From Alphaproteobacteria bacterium (GTDB taxonomy: Bacteria; Pseudomonadota; Alphaproteobacteria; GCA-2731375): a DNA stretch of 64,000 nucleotides. Where the stretch lies: assembly GCA_030746635.1 (NCBI GenBank), contig JASLMH010000002.1, positions 6,348 through 70,347 on the forward strand, written 5' to 3'. This document shows positions 18,164-30,250 of this stretch, piece after piece. How positions within the stretch are numbered: the first letter of the stretch is position 1; every line of letters starts with the position of its first letter. The position numbers were made by a program, and so were the translations under genes. The notes below the pieces were generated by a model. It saw only the letters and a program-made list of their open reading frames with translations, searched no databases and was not told the DNA's origin.

Positions 18164-19771
18164 ATGAGCAAGGATAGGCTTTACCTTTTCGATACCACCC
18201 TGCGGGACGGCGCCCAGACCTCGGGCGTGGATTTCTCGGTCGAGGACAAGCGCGCCATCGCCGAGGCCCTGGACCGCCTGGGCGTCGACTATGTGGAAGG
18301 CGGCTGGCCCGGCGCCAACCCCACCGACAGCAGCTTCTTCGACGACCCGCCCCGCCTGCACCGCGCCACCTTCACCGCCTTCGGCATGACCAAGCGGCCG
18401 GGCCGCAGCGCCGACAACGATCCCGGATTGGTTGCCGTGCTGGGCGCCCCGGTCGGGGCGGTCTGTCTGGTCGGCAAGACCTGGGACTACCACGTCGACG
18501 TGGCGCTCGGCATCGAGCGGGCGGAGAACGTGGCGATGATTGCTGAGTCGATCGCCGCCGGGGTGGCCCGCGGCCACGAGGCGCTGTTCGACGCCGAGCA
18601 TTTCTTCGACGGCTACAAGGCCAACCCGCAATACGCCGTCGACTGCCTGCAGGCGGCCCTGGCGGCCGGTGCCCGCTGGGTGGTGCTGTGCGACACCAAC
18701 GGCGGCGCCCTGCCGCACGAGGTCGGCCGCATCGTCACGGAGGTGGCCGAACAGGTGCCCGGCGACCGTTTGGGCATCCATTGCCACAACGATACCGGCA
18801 ACGCCGTCGCCAACACCCTGGCCGCCGTGCTGGCCGGCGCCCGGCACATCCAGGGCTCGCTGAACGGCCTGGGCGAACGCTGCGGCAACGCCGACCTGGT
18901 GGCGCTGATCCCGACGCTGATGCTGAAACCGGGTTTCGCCGAGCGGTTCGAAACCGGCATCGACGCCGACGGCCTGCGCCACCTGACGCCGACCGCGCAT
19001 CTGCTGGACGAGTTGCTGAACCGGGCGCCGGACCGCCAGGCGCCCTATGTCGGCGCCGGCGCATTCGCCCACAAGGGCGGCCTGCACGTCTCGGCGGTCT
19101 TGAAGGAGCCGGAAACCTACGAGCACATCGATCCCGAACTGGTCGGCAACACCCGGCATGTGCTGGTCTCGGACCAGTCCGGTCGCTCCAACATCCTGGC
19201 CCGGCTGGCGGAGATCGGCATCGAACTCGACGCCAAGCACCCCAAGGTCGACCGCCTGCTGGAGGACGTCAAACAGCGGGAGTTCGAGGGCTATGCCTAT
19301 GACGGGGCCGAGGCCAGCTTCGAATTGATGGCCCGGCGGACCTTGGGCCAGGTGCCGGAATATTTCGACGTCACCGGCTTTAGGGTCATGGTGGAGCGCC
19401 GCCACAACGCCCTGGGCCAGCTGATCAGCGTCTCCGAGGCGACCGTGAAGCTGCAGGTGGACGGCCGCGAGATCATGTCGGTGGCCGAGGGCAACGGCCC
19501 CGTCAACGCCCTGGACAACGCCCTGCGCAAGGATATCGGCCGCTTCGCCCAGCATATCGAGGATCTGGAATTGGTCGATTTCAAGGTGCGGATCCTGGAC
19601 GGCGGCACCGGCGCCGTGACCCGGGTGCTGATCGAAAGCGCCGACGGCGCCGGCGAGCGCTGGTTCACCGTCGGCGTCTCGCCGAATATCGTCGATGCCT
19701 CGTTCCAGGCGCTGTTGGATTCGATCACCTACAAACTGTACCGCGACGGCGCCGATCCCGAGGTCTCGTAG
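18164..19771 (+). CDS. LeuA-family (citramalate/2-isopropylmalate) synthase
   Basis: N-terminus [13 protein letters not shown] is a DRE-TIM HMGL-like synthase signature, with a LeuA-dimer-like C-terminal domain. Starts 5 nt after the cysS stop, with GGGGGGA SD. Confidence 0.8.
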   Translation: MSKDRLYLFDTTLRDGAQTSGVDFSVEDKRAIAEALDRLGVDYVEGGWPGANPTDSSFFDDPPRLHRATFTAFGMTKRPGRSADNDPGLVAVLGAPVGAVCLVGKTWDYHVDVALGIERAENVAMIAESIAAGVARGHEALFDAEHFFDGYKANPQYAVDCLQAALAAGARWVVLCDTNGGALPHEVGRIVTEVAEQVPGDRLGIHCHNDTGNAVANTLAAVLAGARHIQGSLNGLGERCGNADLVALIPTLMLKPGFAERFETGIDADGLRHLTPTAHLLDELLNRAPDRQAPYVGAGAFAHKGGLHVSAVLKEPETYEHIDPELVGNTRHVLVSDQSGRSNILARLAEIGIELDAKHPKVDRLLEDVKQREFEGYAYDGAEASFELMARRTLGQVPEYFDVTGFRVMVERRHNALGQLISVSEATVKLQVDGREIMSVAEGNGPVNALDNALRKDIGRFAQHIEDLELVDFKVRILDGGTGAVTRVLIESADGAGERWFTVGVSPNIVDASFQALLDSITYKLYRDGADPEVS

Positions 19772-19777
19772 GGCGCC

Positions 19778-20548
19778 GTGGCCGGCACCGATTCAACCAG
19801 GGCGGCGATCGCGGCCGGCGGGCCGGCGATCATCCTGGTGCGGCCGCAGATGGGCGAGAATATCGGCGCCGCCGCCCGGGCGATGAAAAATTTCGGCCTG
19901 GGCGACCTGCGCCTGGTGGCGCCCCGCGACGGCTGGCCGAACGAGAAGGCGCGGGCGATGTCCAGCCGGGCCGACGAGATCGTCGACGCCGCCCGGGTCT
20001 ATGACACCACCGCCGCGGCGGTGGCCGATCTGCAAACGGTCTATGCCACCACCGCGCGGCGGCGGGAGATGCAGAAACCGGTGCTATCGCCCCGTCAGGC
20101 GGCGGCGGAGGTCCGCCGGCGTATCGGCGACGGCGAGCGCACCGGCATTCTGTTCGGCGGCGAGAAGGCGGGGCTCGACAACGACGACACCACCATGGCC
20201 GCCCGCATCATCCAGGTACCGGCCAATCCGGCCTTTTCCTCCCTCAACCTGGGTCAGGCGGTGTTGCTGCTGGCTTATGAATGGTTCCAGTCCGGACCGC
20301 CGCGCAGCGAAGGGGAGGGCGAGGCGCCGTCATCGCCGCCGGCCACGGCGGCCGAACTGGCCTTCTTCCATGCGCGGCTGGAAGAGGAGCTTGACCGCCA
20401 CGGCTTCCTGAAACCGCCGGAAAAAAGTCCCGGCATGATGCGCAACATCCGCAACGTCTTCCAGCGGGCCGATCTGACCGGCCAGGAGGTGCGAACCCTG
20501 CACGGCATCATATCGTCCCTGATCCGCCGCGATGGCGAGGAGAGCTGA
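19778..20548 (+). CDS. SpoU/TrmH-family RNA 2'-O-methyltransferase (TrmJ-like)
   Basis: GTG start. ILVRPQMGENIGAAARAMKNFG matches the SPOUT N-terminal motif. Confidence 0.75.
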   Translation: MAGTDSTRAAIAAGGPAIILVRPQMGENIGAAARAMKNFGLGDLRLVAPRDGWPNEKARAMSSRADEIVDAARVYDTTAAAVADLQTVYATTARRREMQKPVLSPRQAAAEVRRRIGDGERTGILFGGEKAGLDNDDTTMAARIIQVPANPAFSSLNLGQAVLLLAYEWFQSGPPRSEGEGEAPSSPPATAAELAFFHARLEEELDRHGFLKPPEKSPGMMRNIRNVFQRADLTGQEVRTLHGIISSLIRRDGEES

Positions 20549-20585
20549 GGGTCGAGGAATTGCCGAAAAACCCGCACTCGCCGTT

Positions 20586-20620
20586 TGACTTGCGGCATTG
20601 GATCGGTATAAATCGCCCAG
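20586..20620 (+). promoter_or_regulatory. sigma-70-type promoter of rpsD (TTGACT-17-TATAAA)
   Basis: TTGACTtgcggcattggatcggTATAAAT, about 95 nt upstream of the rpsD ATG. Confidence 0.45.
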
Positions 20621-20718
20621 CCTTGCGCGCCCGTGTATTGCTTGTCCGGGCGCGCGTTCGCGCTTGGCCCGGCGGATCGCCGGCAGGGCGCCAAAAGCCT
20701 TTACGAGAGACGGAATAG

Positions 20719-21336
20719 ATGACGAAGCGACTGACGTCGAAATACAAGCTGAACCGCCGCCTGGGCGAGAACCTGTGGGGCCGGCCGAAAAGCCCGGTCA
20801 ACAAGCGGGACTACCCGCCGGGGCAGCACGCCCAGCAGCGCCGGCGCAAGCCGTCGGATTTCGGCATTCAGCTCGCCGCCAAGCAGAAACTGCGCGGCTA
20901 TTACGGCAACATCACCGAGAAGCAGTTCCGCCGCACCTATGACGAGGCGGTGAAGGCCAAGGGCGACACCACCGAGATGCTGATCGGCCTGCTGGAGCGC
21001 CGCCTGGACGCCGTGGTCTACCGTATGAAGTTCGTGCCCACCGTGTTCGCCTCGCGGCAGTTCATCAACCATGGTCACGTCACGGTCAACGGCCGCCGGG
21101 TCAACATCCCCAGCTACCGGGTGCGCGAGGGCGACGTCATCGAGGTGAAGGAGAAATCCCGCGAGATGATCCTGGTACTGGAAGCGGTGGATTCGCCTGA
21201 ACGCGACGTGCCGGAATATTGCGAGGTCGACTTCAAGAAGATGCGCGGCACCTTCGTGCGCACACCGAAGTTCGCCGAGGTGCCCTATCCGGTGCAGATG
21301 GAGCCGAACCTGGTGATCGAGTACTACTCGCGCTGA
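20719..21336 (+). CDS. rpsD: 30S ribosomal protein S4
   Basis: 205 aa, [26 protein letters not shown]... is a canonical S4 sequence. Confidence 0.95.
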   Translation: MTKRLTSKYKLNRRLGENLWGRPKSPVNKRDYPPGQHAQQRRRKPSDFGIQLAAKQKLRGYYGNITEKQFRRTYDEAVKAKGDTTEMLIGLLERRLDAVVYRMKFVPTVFASRQFINHGHVTVNGRRVNIPSYRVREGDVIEVKEKSREMILVLEAVDSPERDVPEYCEVDFKKMRGTFVRTPKFAEVPYPVQMEPNLVIEYYSR

Positions 21337-21351
21337 CCATCGCAACCTAAA

Positions 21352-21382
21352 TCGATTTTCAAAAGGCCGTCCCTTCGGGCGG
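21352..21382. terminator. bidirectional Rho-independent terminator between convergent rpsD and the DOPA-dioxygenase-family gene
   Basis: AAAAGGCCGtcccttCGGGCGGCCTTTTTT. GC stem flanked by an A-run and a T-run. Confidence 0.65.
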
Positions 21383-21411
21383 CCTTTTTTGTCGCAGCCT
21401 GGCCAGCCCCC

Positions 21412-21750
21412 TCAGTCGTCCTCGAACAGGCTGATCTTCAGGGGCAGCAATTCGCCCATCCAGACCGGGTGGTCGCGGTGGTCTTCCAGGTCCTGGCCGG
21501 TGTTGGGATGCAGGAAGACGGTCAGGCCGCGCCGGTTCAGCATCAGCCAGGGCACCAGTTCGTCGAACAGCGCCGGCTGAAACTTGATCTGATAGCTCCA
21601 GCGCGGGTGCGGGCCAACCAGCTTTTCGTGCCAGCGGCCCATCTCCACCTCGAATCGCTCCTCGACCGCCTCGCGCAGGGCGCGGGCCGGCTCGCGGCTG
21701 TCGGCGTCGAAATAGACGTGGGCGTGATAGTCCCGGATCGCCGCCGCCAT
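21412..21750 (-). CDS. DOPA 4,5-dioxygenase family protein (YgiD-like)
   Basis: About 112 aa, with IRDYHAHVYF and the conserved His pattern. AAAGGA SD 6 nt upstream of the ATG at 21750. Confidence 0.7.
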   Translation of the reverse strand: MAAAIRDYHAHVYFDADSREPARALREAVEERFEVEMGRWHEKLVGPHPRWSYQIKFQPALFDELVPWLMLNRRGLTVFLHPNTGQDLEDHRDHPVWMGELLPLKISLFEDD

Positions 21751-21761
21751 AACTGGTCCTT

Positions 21762-21858
21762 TCGGCTTCCGGGCCACCCGCTCCCCCGTCCCACCCCCCC
21801 CGCGGGTACCTTTCCTTGGGTGTTTGGGAGGGGGGTGGGGGTGGCCCGGCGTCTCGGA
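21762..21858. repeat. C-rich/G-rich imperfect palindrome with G-quadruplex potential (intergenic structural element)
   Basis: CCGGGCCACCCGCTCCCCCGTCCCACCCCCCCC ...loop... GGGAGGGGGGTGGGGGTGGCCCGG. Lies between the grx stop and the dioxygenase-family start. Shares the GGGTGGCC(C)GG and CGCTCCCCC blocks with the hairpin at 35395-35471. Confidence 0.5.
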
Positions 21859-21873
21859 GAAACCGAAAAAGCG

Positions 21874-22212
21874 TCAGGCCGCGACGGTTTCGATGCCCTT
21901 GTCCTTCAGGGTCTCCTGCAATTCGCCGGCCTCGAACATCTCGCGCACGATGTCGCAGCCGCCGACGAACTCGCCCTTGACGTAGAGCTGCGGAATGGTC
22001 GGCCAGTTGCTGAACTCCTTGATGCCCTGGCGCACCGCCTCGTCGGCCAGGACGTCGACGCCCTTGAACTTGACGCCCATGTGGGTCAGCACCTGGACCA
22101 CGGCGGCGGAGAAGCCGCATTGCGGGAACACCGGGGTGCCCTTCATGAACAGCACCACGTCGTTCTGGTCGATTTCACCTTGGATCGTGTCGAAAGCCGG
22201 ATTCTCGCTCAT
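21874..22212 (-). CDS. grxD: Grx4-family monothiol glutaredoxin
   Basis: CGFS active site (FPQCGFS). AAGGGA SD. About 112 aa from MSENPAFD. Confidence 0.9.
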   Translation of the reverse strand: MSENPAFDTIQGEIDQNDVVLFMKGTPVFPQCGFSAAVVQVLTHMGVKFKGVDVLADEAVRQGIKEFSNWPTIPQLYVKGEFVGGCDIVREMFEAGELQETLKDKGIETVAA

Positions 22213-22259
22213 CGTCTTTTCCCTTTGGCTTGGCGGTTCCCCACGACCGCCGGAATGGA

Positions 22260-22499
22260 TCAATCCTTCTCGGGCACCGAGGTTTGCAGGGCCAGGGCGT
22301 GCAGTTCGCCGCCCATGCGCCCCTGCAGGGCCTGGTAGACCATCTGATGCTGCTGGACCCGGTTCTTGCCTTCGAACTGCGAGGACACCACCAGGGCGGC
22401 GTAGTGGTCGCCGTCGCCGCGCAGATCCTCGATCGTCACCCGGGCATCGGGTATGCCGTCCTTGATCAGTTTCTCGATCTCACCTGGGTCCATGGGCAT
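22260..22499 (-). CDS. BolA family protein
   Basis: 79 aa, with the BolA-like pattern. Classic pairing upstream of monothiol grx. Confidence 0.8.
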   Translation of the reverse strand: MPMDPGEIEKLIKDGIPDARVTIEDLRGDGDHYAALVVSSQFEGKNRVQQHQMVYQALQGRMGGELHALALQTSVPEKD

Positions 22500-22528
22500 C
22501 GTATTCGTCCTCCCTCCCGCGCCGCCCT

Positions 22529-24750
<2,222 letters not shown>

Positions 24751-24754
<4 letters not shown>

Positions 24755-25434
24755 CTCAGGGCCGTGACCAGGCCGTCGAACAGGGCCCGGCCGTCGTTGC
24801 CGCCATGTTGGGGGTCGGCCGCCCGTTCGGGATGCGGCATCAGGCCCAGCACGGTCTTGCGGTCGTTGTAGACGCCGGCGATGTCGTCGGTGGAGCCGTT
24901 CGGATTGGCCGGCCCGGGGGTCTCTCCGGCGGTGTAGCGAAAGGCGATCTGGCCGCCGTCCTGCAATCGTTCCAGGGTGTCACCGTCGGCGAAGTACTGG
25001 CCGTCGTGGTGGGCCACCGGAATGCGCAGCACCTGGCCGCTTTCGTAACCGTTGGTGAACAGGCTCTGGCTGGTTTCGACCCGCAGGTGGACATCCCGGC
25101 AGACGAACTTCAGGCCGGCGTTCGGCAGCAGCGCCCCCGGCACCAGGCCGGTTTCCACCAGCATTTGAAAGCCGTTGCAGATGCCCAACACCGGCACCCC
25201 ATCCTCGGCCCGCGCCACCACCTCCCGCATCACCGGCGAATGCGCCGCCATGGCGCCGCAACGCAGATAGTCGCCGTAGGAGAAGCCGCCGGGCAGCACG
25301 ATCAGGTCGGCGGCGGGTAATTCGCTGTCGCCGTGCCAGACCATGTCGACCGGGCCGCCGGTGCTTTGCTCCAGGGCCACCTTGACGTCGCGGTCGCAGT
25401 TGGACCCGGGGAAGACGATGACCGAGGTTTTCAT
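24751..25434 (-). CDS. purQ: phosphoribosylformylglycinamidine synthase subunit PurQ (glutaminase)
   Basis: Class I glutamine amidotransferase with catalytic GICNGFQ and HPE. Confidence 0.9.
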
Positions 25435-25444
25435 TTCCCGCCGT

Positions 25445-25687
25445 TCAATCCACCAGTTCGATGCTGTAGTTCTCGATCACCGTGTTGGCCAGCAGCCGCT
25501 GGCACATGGCCTCCACCGCCTGGCGGGCGGCCCCGGCATCGGTTTCGGCCAGTTCGATCTCGATCAGCTTGCCCTGGCGCACCTCGCCCACGCCCGCGAA
25601 GCCGAGGTTGCCCAAGGTCTGGCCGATCGCCCGGCCTTGCGGGTCGAGTACGCCGTTCTTGTAGGAAATGTGTACGCGCGCCTTCAC
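25445..25687 (-). CDS. purS: phosphoribosylformylglycinamidine synthase subunit PurS
   Basis: 80 aa, PurS family. Confidence 0.9.
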   Translation of the reverse strand: MKARVHISYKNGVLDPQGRAIGQTLGNLGFAGVGEVRQGKLIEIELAETDAGAARQAVEAMCQRLLANTVIENYSIELVD

Positions 25688-25727
25688 TTGCCGCTTCCGT
25701 CCAAATTACACGCCGCCCCTGGCGGCG

Positions 25728-26492
25728 TCATTGCATGACCGCCGGGCCCTTCATGTCGCGCGGTCCGCCCTCGGGCAGGATGCCCAGGCGCCGCGCCACC
25801 TCCTGATAAGCCTCCGCGACGCCGCTCATATCCTGGCGGAAGCGGTCCTTGTCGAGTTTCTCGTTGCTGCCGCTATCCCACAACCGGCAACTGTCGGGGC
25901 TGATCTCGTCGGCCAGCACGGTCCGCACTTCCTCTTCGTTGTAAAGACGGCCGAATTCGATCTTGAAGTCGACCAGGCGGATGCCGACGCCGGCGAACAG
26001 GCCGAACAGGACGTCGTTGATCCGCAGGCCCAGGGCCATCATGTCGTCGATTTCCGGCGGCGTGGCCCAGCCGAAGGCGGTGATGTGTTCCTCGGTGACC
26101 AGGGGGTCGCCCAACTCGTCGGACTTGTAGCAGAACTCGACGATCGAACGCGGCAGCGCCGTGCCCTCGGGGATGCCCAGGCGCTTGGTCATGGAGCCGG
26201 CGGCGATGTTGCGGACGATCAATTCGACCGGGATGATCTCGACTTCCCGGATCAATTGCTCGCGCATGTTCAACCGACGCACGAAATGCGTCGGAATGCC
26301 CACTTCGTTCAACCGCAGCATGATGTATTCGGAAATGCGGTTGTTGAGCACGCCCTTGCCGGTGATGACGCCCTTTTTTTCGTTGTTGAAGGCGGTGGCG
26401 TCGTCCTTGAAATACTGCACCAGCGTACCGGGCTCGGGCCCTTCGAAGAGAATCTTCGCCTTGCCCTCGTAGACTTTTCTACGCCTGGCCAT
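25728..26492 (-). CDS. purC: phosphoribosylaminoimidazole-succinocarboxamide synthase
   Basis: SAICAR synthetase similarity from [18 protein letters not shown]. The track ORF's 30 aa N-terminal extension is probably not translated. Confidence 0.9.
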   Translation of the reverse strand: MARRRKVYEGKAKILFEGPEPGTLVQYFKDDATAFNNEKKGVITGKGVLNNRISEYIMLRLNEVGIPTHFVRRLNMREQLIREVEIIPVELIVRNIAAGSMTKRLGIPEGTALPRSIVEFCYKSDELGDPLVTEEHITAFGWATPPEIDDMMALGLRINDVLFGLFAGVGIRLVDFKIEFGRLYNEEEVRTVLADEISPDSCRLWDSGSNEKLDKDRFRQDMSGVAEAYQEVARRLGILPEGGPRDMKGPAVMQ

Positions 26493-26716
26493 AAAAACCT
26501 CGGGAATTGGGGCGGCGGCGGCTCCCCGAAGGCAAACCGCCCCCGCCGGATAAATCGACATATAGCCGATAACGTTGGTCAAAACAACGCCGCCGCCGGG
26601 TCGAAAAAACTGGCAACGGGACGGAAAAAATCCCAGATATGAAGTTGATTCGATGCCGCCGGGCGGGTATGCGTTGGGTAGCGAGAAACCTTAGGGAAAT
26701 CGGGAGCCGCGGGCAG

Positions 26717-27037
26717 ATGACCACCTTCGATAAGCGGGAGAAATCCTACGAGGCGAAATTCGCCCACGACCAGGAAAACGATTTCAAGATCCACGCTCGG
26801 CGCAACAAGCTGCTGGGCCTGTGGGCGGCGGAGCAGCTTGGCCTGGACGGCGACGAGGCCGAGGCCTACGCCAAGCAGGTGATCACCGCCGATTTCGACA
26901 AGCCGGGCGACGAAGACGTGTTCGAGAAGGTCTGGGAAGATTTCCAGACCGGGAAGGTCGAGGTTTCCGCCCATCGGCTGCGCAATCGGATGGACGAGTT
27001 GCTGGAAGAGGCGCGCCGCCAGGTCACCTCCGAATAA
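26717..27037 (+). CDS. DUF1476 protein / F1-ATPase inhibitor zeta-subunit-like
   Basis: MTTFDKREKSYEAKFAHDQENDFKIHARRNKLLG closely resembles the Paracoccus zeta subunit family. GGGAG SD. Typical alphaproteobacterial placement between purB and purC. Confidence 0.7.
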   Translation: MTTFDKREKSYEAKFAHDQENDFKIHARRNKLLGLWAAEQLGLDGDEAEAYAKQVITADFDKPGDEDVFEKVWEDFQTGKVEVSAHRLRNRMDELLEEARRQVTSE

Positions 27038-27049
27038 TTCTGAGTGGAA

Positions 27050-28375
27050 TCATCCTGCCGCGTGCTGCTGCCGCGCCGCCGCCGCGCCGAACACCCGATC
27101 GAAAATCGTGTCCACCTGCCTGGTGTGGTAGCCGAGGTCGAACAGGCTTGCCAGTTCGTCGCCGGGCAGCGCCGCCGTGACCTCGGCGTCCGCCTGCAAG
27201 AGCGCCAGGAAGTCGCCGCCCTCGCCCCAGACCCGCATGGCGCTGCGCTGGACCATGGCGTAGGCATCCTCGCGGCTGACGCCGGCCTGGGTCAGGGCCA
27301 GCAACACCCGCTGGGAGAAGATCAGGCCGCCCAAGCGGTCCAGGTTGGCCCGCATGGTCTCGGGGTAGACCGTCAGCTTGTCGATCACGCCGGCCAGGCG
27401 GTGCAGGGCGAAATCCAGGGTCACCGTGGCGTCCGGGCCGATGCCGCGTTCGACGCTGGAATGCGAGATGTCCCGTTCGTGCCATAGGGCCACGTTCTCC
27501 AGCGCCGGCATCGCCGTCATCCGCACCAGCCGCGCCAGCCCGGTCAGGTTTTCCGTCAGCACCGGATTGCGCTTGTGCGGCATCGCCGAGGAGCCCTTCT
27601 GACCGGCCGAGAAGTATTCTTCCGCCTCCAGCACTTCGGTGCGCTGCAGGTGGCGGATCTCGGTCGCCAGCCGTTCGATGCAGGAAGCGACCACCGCCAG
27701 CACCGAGAAATACATCGCATGGCGGTCGCGCGGGATCACCTGGGTGGAAATCGGCTCCGCCGTCAGGCCCATGGCCTCGGCGACGTGCGCCTCCACCGCC
27801 GGGTCGATGTTGGCGAAGGTGCCGACCGCCCCCGAGATGGCGCAGGTCGCGACCTCGTCCCGGGCGAACAGCAGGCGTTGGCGGCAGCGGTCGAATTCGG
27901 CGTAGGCCTGGGCCAGTTTCAGGCCGAAGGTGGTGGGTTCGGCGTGGATGGCGTGACTGCGGCCGATGCAGACGTCGTCCTTGTGCTCGAGGGCACGGCG
28001 CTTCAGGACCGCCAGCAGATGATCCAGATCGGCCAGCAGGATGTCGCTGGCCTTGACCAGTTGCACGTTGAAGCAGGTATCCAGCACGTCCGACGAGGTC
28101 ATGCCCTGATGCACGAAGCGGGCGGCCGGGCCGACATGTTCGGCCAGGTTGGTCAGGAAGGCGATCACGTCGTGTTTGGTCTCGCGCTCGATCTCGTCGA
28201 TGCGGGCGACCTCGAAGGCGCCTTTTTCCCAGACCGCTTTCGCCGCCTCGGCCGGGATCACGCCCAAGTTCGCCTGGGCATCGCAGGCATGCGCCTCGAT
28301 CTCGAACCAGATTTGGAACCGGCTTTCGGGCGACCAGATGGCGGCCATTTCAGGGCGCGTATAACGCGGGATCAT
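27050..28375 (-). CDS. purB: adenylosuccinate lyase
   Basis: MIPRYTRPEM start matches B. subtilis PurB. Fumarate-lyase signature GSSAMPHKRNP. Confidence 0.9.
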   Translation of the reverse strand: MIPRYTRPEMAAIWSPESRFQIWFEIEAHACDAQANLGVIPAEAAKAVWEKGAFEVARIDEIERETKHDVIAFLTNLAEHVGPAARFVHQGMTSSDVLDTCFNVQLVKASDILLADLDHLLAVLKRRALEHKDDVCIGRSHAIHAEPTTFGLKLAQAYAEFDRCRQRLLFARDEVATCAISGAVGTFANIDPAVEAHVAEAMGLTAEPISTQVIPRDRHAMYFSVLAVVASCIERLATEIRHLQRTEVLEAEEYFSAGQKGSSAMPHKRNPVLTENLTGLARLVRMTAMPALENVALWHERDISHSSVERGIGPDATVTLDFALHRLAGVIDKLTVYPETMRANLDRLGGLIFSQRVLLALTQAGVSREDAYAMVQRSAMRVWGEGGDFLALLQADAEVTAALPGDELASLFDLGYHTRQVDTIFDRVFGAAAARQQHAAG

Positions 28376-28543
28376 GCGGTCGATCCTTTTGCGGTCGTTG
28401 GGCCGACTTCATACTCCAATACGCGGCCCGGTGGAAGCCGCCCGGCCGGCCGCCGGAAGGCTTCCGCCGAAGGGGCGGTTGACCAATCGCCGCCCGCCGC
28501 CGATATTCCGCCGGCCCATTCCTGTGTAACAGCGGTCCTAGCC

Positions 28544-30166
28544 ATGCCCAAGATCCAGTCTCAACTCGACACCAACAGCGATGCCTACCTGGAAAACCGC
28601 GCCGGGATGCTGGCCAGGATCGCGGAAATGCGTGAATTCGAAGGGAGGATCCACGCGCGCTCGGAAAAAAGCCGCGAGCGGTTCGAGAAACGCGGCCAGT
28701 TGCTGCCCCGCGACCGGCTGGATCTGCTGCTGGATCGGGGCGCGCCCTGGCTCGAATTCTCCACCCTGGCGGGCTACCAGACCTTCGATGACGATGGCGA
28801 GCAGAACATCACCGGCGCCCGCCTGATCACCGGCATCGGTACGGTTTCGGGGGTTCGCTGCGTCATCATCGTCGACGATTCGGGCATCACCGCCGGCGCC
28901 CTGCATACCTACGGCGTCTACAAGATGATCCGCGCCTTCGACATGGCGCTGGAAAACAAGATGCCGGCGATCCACCTGGTGCAATCGGCCGGCGCCGATC
29001 TGTTGGCCTATGTGCCCGAGACCTGGCAGAAGGCCGGCCACATGTTCCAGCGCCAGGCGCAGCTTTCGGCCGCCGGCTGCCCGGTGATCACCGTGGTGCA
29101 CGGCTCCTCCACCGCCGGCGGCGCCTACATGCCGGGCATGTCGGACTACGTGGTGATGGTGCGCAAGCAGGCCAAGGCCTTCCTGGCCGGGCCGCCGCTG
29201 CTGCGCGCCGCCACCGGCGAGATCGCCGATGACGAGACCCTGGGCGGCACCGACATGCATGCCTCGACCTCCGGTCTGGCCGAGCACGTGGCGGATGACG
29301 ATGCCGAGGCGGTCCAGGTCTGCCGCGACATCGTGCGGCGGCTGAACTGGGCGAACCAACTGCGGCCCGGCCTGGCGCGCCGCCATGAGGAGCCGGCCTA
29401 CGATATCGACGAGATCTGCGGCCTGGTGTCGATGGACTACCAGAAGCCCTATGACGTGCGCGAGCTGATCGCCCGGCTGGTCGACGGCTCGGACTTCCTC
29501 GAATTCAAGGCGATGTACGACAGCCAGACGATCTGCGGGCACGCCGAAATCCAGGGCTTCCCCTGCGGCCTGATCGGCAGCAACGGCCCGATCACCCCCG
29601 AGGGCGCCACCAAGGCCAGCCAGTTCATGCAATTGTGCAGCCAGTCCGACACGCCCTTGATCTATCTGCACAACACCACCGGCTTCATCGTCGGCGCCGA
29701 GCCGGAAGCCCAGGGCATGATCAAGCACGGCGCCAAGATGATCCAGGCGGTGACCAACGCCACGGTGCCGCGCATCACCCTGATGATCGGCGCCTCGTTC
29801 GGGGCCGGCAACTACGCCATGTCCGGTCGCTCCTACCAGCCGCGCTTCCTGCTCGGCTGGCCGAACTACAAGGCCGGGGTGATGGGCTCGAAACAGGCCG
29901 CCCTGGTGATGCGGATCGTCAACGAGGCCGCCGCCGCCCGCAAGGGCGAGCCGATGGACGAGGCCGCCCTGGATGCCTTGCACCAGCAGGTGATCGACCT
30001 CTACGAGCCGATCTCCACCTCCTACTACCACACCGCCCGGCTGGACGACGACGGCATGATCGACCCGCGTGACAGCCGCAAGGTGCTGGGCCTGTTGCTG
30101 TCGGTCTGCGACGAGGAGGCCCGGCGCACCGTCCGTCCCAACACCTTCGGCGTCGCCCGGTTCTAG
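28544..30166 (+). CDS. acyl-CoA carboxylase carboxyltransferase (beta) subunit, MCCase/GCCase-beta-like, tandem copy 1
   Basis: 540 aa. Two crotonase-like CT domains typical of methylcrotonyl/propionyl-CoA carboxylase beta chains. The N-terminal part of track ORF 27575..30166 is antisense of purB. Confidence 0.85.
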   Translation: MPKIQSQLDTNSDAYLENRAGMLARIAEMREFEGRIHARSEKSRERFEKRGQLLPRDRLDLLLDRGAPWLEFSTLAGYQTFDDDGEQNITGARLITGIGTVSGVRCVIIVDDSGITAGALHTYGVYKMIRAFDMALENKMPAIHLVQSAGADLLAYVPETWQKAGHMFQRQAQLSAAGCPVITVVHGSSTAGGAYMPGMSDYVVMVRKQAKAFLAGPPLLRAATGEIADDETLGGTDMHASTSGLAEHVADDDAEAVQVCRDIVRRLNWANQLRPGLARRHEEPAYDIDEICGLVSMDYQKPYDVRELIARLVDGSDFLEFKAMYDSQTICGHAEIQGFPCGLIGSNGPITPEGATKASQFMQLCSQSDTPLIYLHNTTGFIVGAEPEAQGMIKHGAKMIQAVTNATVPRITLMIGASFGAGNYAMSGRSYQPRFLLGWPNYKAGVMGSKQAALVMRIVNEAAAARKGEPMDEAALDALHQQVIDLYEPISTSYYHTARLDDDGMIDPRDSRKVLGLLLSVCDEEARRTVRPNTFGVARF

Positions 30167-30250
30167 ACGATATGCGGCATCTTCGTTGACGGACGCCCGT
30201 CCGCCAACGATAGTTCGCCGGCCTTTTTTGTAGTTGTCACGGTCGATTTC

